Both the position numbers and the translations under genes were made by a program. Of a stretch of DNA of 64,000 bases, positions 60,601-64,000 are shown piece after piece. The notes below the pieces were generated by a model that saw only the letters and a program-made list of their open reading frames with translations, was not told where the DNA came from and ran no database searches. Source of the DNA: a virus; IMG/VR virus record IMGVR_UViG_3300046713_000096, positions 36,855 through 100,854 of that record; one strand, written 5' to 3'. Within the stretch, counting starts at the first letter, position 1. Every line of letters begins with the position of its first letter.

Positions 60601-61494
60601 GTGCGACTTGCGCAGGTAGCCATGATGGCGCTCGAACGCGTCGCGCATTTGCCGACGCGTGCGAAAGTAGAATTCGTCACCGTCGAACCGGAAGCGGTCA
60701 GCGTCGTCGACCTTCGCGCCCGTGCCAATGCAGAGCATGACGTCGTGCGCTTCGGCATCTTCCTTGCGCACGTAGTGGGCATCTTGCGTCGCGAGAAGCT
60801 TGCCGCCCGTGCGGTCGCGCAACGTCAGCTCGAACTCATTCACACGCGCTTGATCCGCGATCGCGTGCGGCTGTATCTCGTGGTACAGCCGATCGCCGTA
60901 GGCTTCGCGCAGCCGGTCGACATAGGCGAACGCGTCGCGCCTGCGCCCCTGCAAAAACCAGTCATGCGCAGGCCCATTCATGCAGCCGGTGCTGATGGCC
61001 AGGCCTTCGCTGTATTCGCACAGCGCGTCGAGGTCGACCCGCGGCTTGTAGTAGAACCCGTCGACAAACGCCTTCGAGCTCAGGCGCTGCAGGTTCAACA
61101 TGCCCTCTTGCGTGAGCGCCCAACACGTCGTGTGCCAGCGGTCGCGGATGCCCTCGCGCTCTTCGTACGCCTTGAGCGTCGAGCGTCGGTCGTTCTTCTT
61201 GACCCCGGTCAGGATCGTCGCCTTCTCGTCGTCGGTCACACCCTTGCGGTGCATGTCGCGCGACACGTAGAATTCGATCCCGTAGATGGGCTTGACCCCG
61301 CCTTGCTTCTCGCATTCCTTGCGAAGCTGCAAGTAGCCACGCATCGAGCCGTGTTCAGTGAAAGCCAGTGCGGGGTTACCGCGTTCCTTCGCTGTCTTGA
61401 CGTAGTCAGAGATCAAGCCGCAGCCGTCGAGCTGCGACATGTCACTGTGCGTGTGCAGATGCACGAAGTCTTCGGTAGGTTTGTCACTTGCCAC
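57670..61494 (-). CDS. dnaE: DNA polymerase III alpha subunit (family C)
   Basis: FVHLHTHS PHP motif, GPGRGSAGGSL, PDIDMDF, HAAGVV, KLDVLGL and YGFNKSHA. Confidence 0.96.
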   Translation of the reverse strand: MASDKPTEDFVHLHTHSDMSQLDGCGLISDYVKTAKERGNPALAFTEHGSMRGYLQLRKECEKQGGVKPIYGIEFYVSRDMHRKGVTDDEKATILTGVKKNDRRSTLKAYEEREGIRDRWHTTCWALTQEGMLNLQRLSSKAFVDGFYYKPRVDLDALCEYSEGLAISTGCMNGPAHDWFLQGRRRDAFAYVDRLREAYGDRLYHEIQPHAIADQARVNEFELTLRDRTGGKLLATQDAHYVRKEDAEAHDVMLCIGTGAKVDDADRFRFDGDEFYFRTRRQMRDAFERHHGYLRKSHIREALNSTVELAERSDVKIEIDYLRALLPNPGMPKKYEGDEFKFLKDLCLDGWTWRAIPARARSYAHKHGVRTGDALGRYIERLKVELAALKRQKLIPYFLVVRDLYKFARGEGIFCGPGRGSAGGSLVAYLLGITGIDPIEHGLLFERFINPDRHDLPDIDMDFEDSRRREVIDYLVGKYGRDKVCQIATVGRLSGKSVLRDVARVIGVPLPEVNAVSPSIMELPDGHPDEFRTLEKSFDEFEACKRFDARYPKVKQYAKLLEGMAKTLGIHAAGVVVSPKPLTDLIPLEIRNHKGEKVVVSAIDMNEIASVGLVKLDVLGLKTLTVIRDCVNAVRERHGVSLDMERIEMNDPKVLERFTAHDFSGVFQYDTPSAYKICDGVVFEDFEDIAAMTALNRPGATRSGLAERYLVRKKDPSKRDEVDYHPIVNKICAETLGIIVYQEHVIKIFTELAGFTPGRADELRKAIGKKKAEELKVARPDFVAGCGSLHGIAPKLATKLFGAIEAFGAYGFNKSHATAYATIAYWCQYLKVYYLTEFFWALMRNEDDRPHLKALAKEAKRAGISILPPHVSLSKDVFSIDPDGHIRGSLSDIKGVGKGAAATVMEHQPFRSFLDFAQRIDRRKCNRGVVVTLIKAGAFEGLIPNQKFFEEHLDELWKALAKKRKKREAIYEFWDRAKKAKDYTAEERMLVAAKVNPLAFGDHPLDAYRSFMAEHVGVELARIDATSMAELDNESVYVAGLMIDARVQQVGDFHTGDLPTERERKQMFWGARYANVNLECDSGEAFRVRFDFDIFEDHHELIEAPSGTPIIVHATVDAKYNRLKAHFAIDLERYRLAVRDGVELGFWQRLVAGGHPAADYGWTSPEQARKRRFNARLLRSGSGIFTGVVTHVRLKYDSRGELMAFFGLLGERGFCNVIAFASYWHTIRKIVKRGRLLSMPLERSTDSERGLAYFFSGGKVRVLKRQSAEWTVST

Positions 61495-61840
61495 GTTTGT
61501 GCAGCTCCAAGTGATATCGACACACGGCCTTGAAGGCCTCGTCGAAATCGCGGTCGAGAATCCACAGGATGTATTTTCGCCCTCGCGGGATCGTCACGAT
61601 CTCCGACAGGCGCTTGCCGTGAAACTGCTTGCCGAAGAGCAAAAGCGCGTCTTTGCCATCAGCGCTGATCTTGAATTGCTTGCTCGGCTTCGCGCCCGTG
61701 ATCACCGGGGGTTCGATCGGTGGCACTTGCTTGCGACGCACGCGACTCGGCATCCCGTCGATCGGCTCGCCCTGCAACCACCGACGCACTTCTTCAAGCG
61801 TTGGCACGGTTGAGCCCCTCGACCACGTCGCGGATGACAC
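61484..61840 (-). CDS. Small protein with an FGK..G...YxxW motif (ExoX C-terminal-like)
   Basis: LLFGKQFHGKRLSEI...YILWIL. Confidence 0.5.
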   Translation of the reverse strand: MSSATWSRGSTVPTLEEVRRWLQGEPIDGMPSRVRRKQVPPIEPPVITGAKPSKQFKISADGKDALLLFGKQFHGKRLSEIVTIPRGRKYILWILDRDFDEAFKAVCRYHLELHKRGK

Positions 61841-62681
61841 GCGTCACCGTGACGCCTTCATCCCAACACGCCACGCGCCCGATCGGCCTGACCTTCGGAT
61901 TCCAGACGGGTCGATCTTGCAGCTCGACAAGCTTGCCGGCCCCCATCACGAGGGGCCCGTCGACGTGCCAGCCTTCGGGGAAAAGATAGTTCAAGTCACT
62001 CGTCACAGAGTCCTCTGCGATCGCCCCGCTAAACTCGCACACGTAACCGCTTTCCTCGCCATGGTACAGCCTGTGAATCGCGTTGCCGGGCGTGTGTGGG
62101 GTGTAGACGACATCCCAGCGCAGAAAGCGCAGCTTGCTCGCGCGCACGGGCAGCATGTTCAGCGTGACAGCCATGGCGCCTTCGTGCCTCACAAGACGCG
62201 ATTCCCATAGCGGCACGGTTTCGAGAATGAGATCGGCCGTGGCTGCGAGCGGCCCGACGTCGCGCGCGACTTCCAGGCCCGTCGAAAGACGCTTCACGAA
62301 GTCGCGCCAGTCGAACGACACCGCATAGCGCTTCGACGTCACCTCGGGATCCGAGAGCCCGAGCGTGCCTTCGGGCATCGCCGTCAGGCGCGTCTTGCGC
62401 CAATGCGCATGATGCACAGCGTCGCTGACCTTCCGAGGGCAGCTCACGACCTGTGAGCCCTGCAGAAGCCCCGCCTTGAGCGTGTACTCACCGTAAACCA
62501 CACCGAGCGCGTCAAGCAGCGTGAGCACTTCCTGCGAGCGTTCGAGGTACTTGTGCGCTGGCGACAGCGCTGACTGTCCGAGCGGGCCCCGCTCGACAAG
62601 CACGACCGAGTGCCCGCGCGCACGACACAGGTGCGCAGCGATCAGGCCCGTGACGTCGCCGCCGTTGACACAGACGCGCAT
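61794..62681 (-). CDS. FAD/NAD(P)-binding Rossmann-fold protein
   Basis: VCVNGGDVTGLIAA...VVLVERG (degenerate GxGxxG) and C-terminal IGRVACW. Confidence 0.6.
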   Translation of the reverse strand: MRVCVNGGDVTGLIAAHLCRARGHSVVLVERGPLGQSALSPAHKYLERSQEVLTLLDALGVVYGEYTLKAGLLQGSQVVSCPRKVSDAVHHAHWRKTRLTAMPEGTLGLSDPEVTSKRYAVSFDWRDFVKRLSTGLEVARDVGPLAATADLILETVPLWESRLVRHEGAMAVTLNMLPVRASKLRFLRWDVVYTPHTPGNAIHRLYHGEESGYVCEFSGAIAEDSVTSDLNYLFPEGWHVDGPLVMGAGKLVELQDRPVWNPKVRPIGRVACWDEGVTVTRVIRDVVEGLNRANA

Positions 62682-62774
62682 TACGCGCCCCTCAACGAAA
62701 CAGGCCGTCGAGCCGGCGCACGCGAGAGATCGGCCAAGAGCTCGACGCACGCCACCGGACACGACGACCGACGC

Positions 62775-63701
62775 CTAGGCCAGGGCCTTCGGCACGCGGA
62801 TAATACCCTTGTTGAGTGCACGCGCAATCACCTCCGCTGCAAGCGAAGCCCCTTCTTTGCCGACCTGACATGTACGCGAGAGAAACCGCCCCTCGACGAA
62901 GTCAGCGGGCACGACCTTCTTGACCCCTTGCGCTGGCAAGAGTGATTCGAGCGTCGCCCGGTCAAACGGGAAACGAAACTGCAGGCTGTGCGAGCGCACA
63001 CCGAGCACGATGTTTGCGAGGGGCCTGCGCGAAAGCCGCTTGCGGTTGCCCTTCGGTCCGCGGCTCATCGTCTTGATGTACAACGTCACGCACCGCGATG
63101 TTTCGACGCGATCAATCACGAACAGATCGCCCACACTTGCACTGTCTTGATTGAGCGCGTAGGGGTGCGAGCGCGCGACACGTCGCAGGCGCAACACAAA
63201 CCAGTCGAGCAGCTTCAACGTCGCGCCCATGTCGTCGCGAGCCTTCTCGCGCAGCGCAGCGACCGCGAACTTCCGGGCCTTGACGAGTGCTGCTACGCTC
63301 TTCGCTTTGGATTCCTCGCTGCGATTTTTGATCTTGCGCGGCTTCTTCGGGATCTCTTCGTCGGGGTGGCGAATCGTGATTCGCCCGTTGCGGATCCCAT
63401 ACCGGTCGATCGCGCGCACAAGGCGCAGCTGAAAATCTTCGCTGTCCCCAACCGCGAACGCGTACACCCGGCGCTTGCCGTCGGGGTCGCGCACCTTGCG
63501 CAGCTTGAGCAGGTCGCGTGCCTTGTATCCCTTCACGCGCACGAGGCGCTGCAGCGCCACGCACCTGTCACGGTAGACACAGGGCATGCGCTCGTCGGCC
63601 GTGCGTGCGTGCGGGCGCCCGTCGCACTCGGGATTGCCCCGATCGTACTTGCGCAGGCAAACGGGCAGCTTCCGCCCATGGTCGACAGTTACTTCGGTCA
63701 C
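62775..63701 (-). CDS. Basic hypothetical protein
   Basis: 308 aa, Arg/Lys-rich, with an N-terminal Cys cluster. Confidence 0.6.
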   Translation of the reverse strand: MTEVTVDHGRKLPVCLRKYDRGNPECDGRPHARTADERMPCVYRDRCVALQRLVRVKGYKARDLLKLRKVRDPDGKRRVYAFAVGDSEDFQLRLVRAIDRYGIRNGRITIRHPDEEIPKKPRKIKNRSEESKAKSVAALVKARKFAVAALREKARDDMGATLKLLDWFVLRLRRVARSHPYALNQDSASVGDLFVIDRVETSRCVTLYIKTMSRGPKGNRKRLSRRPLANIVLGVRSHSLQFRFPFDRATLESLLPAQGVKKVVPADFVEGRFLSRTCQVGKEGASLAAEVIARALNKGIIRVPKALA

Positions 63702-63711
63702 CGGTTGTTGT

Positions 63712-64000
63712 TCAGCCTCCGTAGGGCCGAACTATCGACAAATCCCCGAGGTCGCTGAATTCTTCCGCTGCGAGCAGTTCTAAGGCCTTCTCGCGGATGC
63801 GACGAAGGGCCCAATCGACTTCGTTTTTCGACAGGCGCAAATGCTTGCCGATCATCGGGATCGTCGGCTCGGTCGCGAGCTCGTCAAGCATGAGCATGCG
63901 CAGGGGCCTCGGGGGATCGTACTTACAGCGCAGCACTTCGAGGTCACGGGGTGCGAGCGCCGCTTCGAGCGCAGCCATGAACGCGACCGAAGCGCGGCGC
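63712..64000 (-). CDS. C-terminal part of a sigma-70 region-4-like HTH protein (starts beyond the window)
   Basis: LAPRDLEVLRCKY and TIPMIGKHLRLSKNEVDWALRRIREK. Confidence 0.55.
   Translation of the reverse strand, partial: RRASVAFMAALEAALAPRDLEVLRCKYDPPRPLRMLMLDELATEPTIPMIGKHLRLSKNEVDWALRRIREKALELLAAEEFSDLGDLSIVRPYGG

Noticed and set aside
57670-61494. Intein or intron in DnaE (also considered for RecA and TerL)
   Set aside because: Protein lengths are ordinary and no splicing or homing-endonuclease motifs are visible.
58450-61533. Long plus-strand ORFs opposite dnaE, and similar ones opposite portal, terL, ligase and recA
   Set aside because: Antisense open frames are expected from high-GC codon bias, and they show no protein motifs.

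Overview
High-GC segment (about 65% by eye, TCGA-rich) of a large tailed dsDNA phage genome, mostly encoded on the minus strand. A Myxococcota-like host is inferred, not shown. Left end (1-7 kb): portal, large terminase and a candidate small terminase. At 9.7-11.8 kb: an intact-looking attP (3' half of tRNA-Leu(CAA) flanked by six ACTGTCTGGG arm-type sites), a tyrosine integrase and an excisionase, so the phage appears temperate. At 12-26 kb: accessory genes including a C5 methyltransferase with a nested alternative-frame ORF, an SspB-like ClpXP adaptor, an Acb2/Tad1-like protein, DUF1643, DUF1653 and DUF6011. At 26.5-28.2 kb: a gene-poor region with about 14 GGGTAACTGTNTGAAC repeats. At 30.6-45.5 kb: an array of short cassettes, each headed by the same 28-bp promoter-like repeat (TTGCGT-TGAAGCGAA-N7-TAnnnT; 25 copies in the window). 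In 21 copies an ATG sits at the predicted +1 (leaderless), and the other 4 lead into two pairs of conserved non-coding elements. At 41.8-64 kb: a replication/recombination module (ligase, ParB-like, dCTP deaminase, UDG, 5'-3' exonuclease, RuvC-like, SbcCD, RecA, SSB, HU, DnaE) and the C-terminal part of a sigma-like protein. All calls come from reading motifs by eye; no database searches were run.
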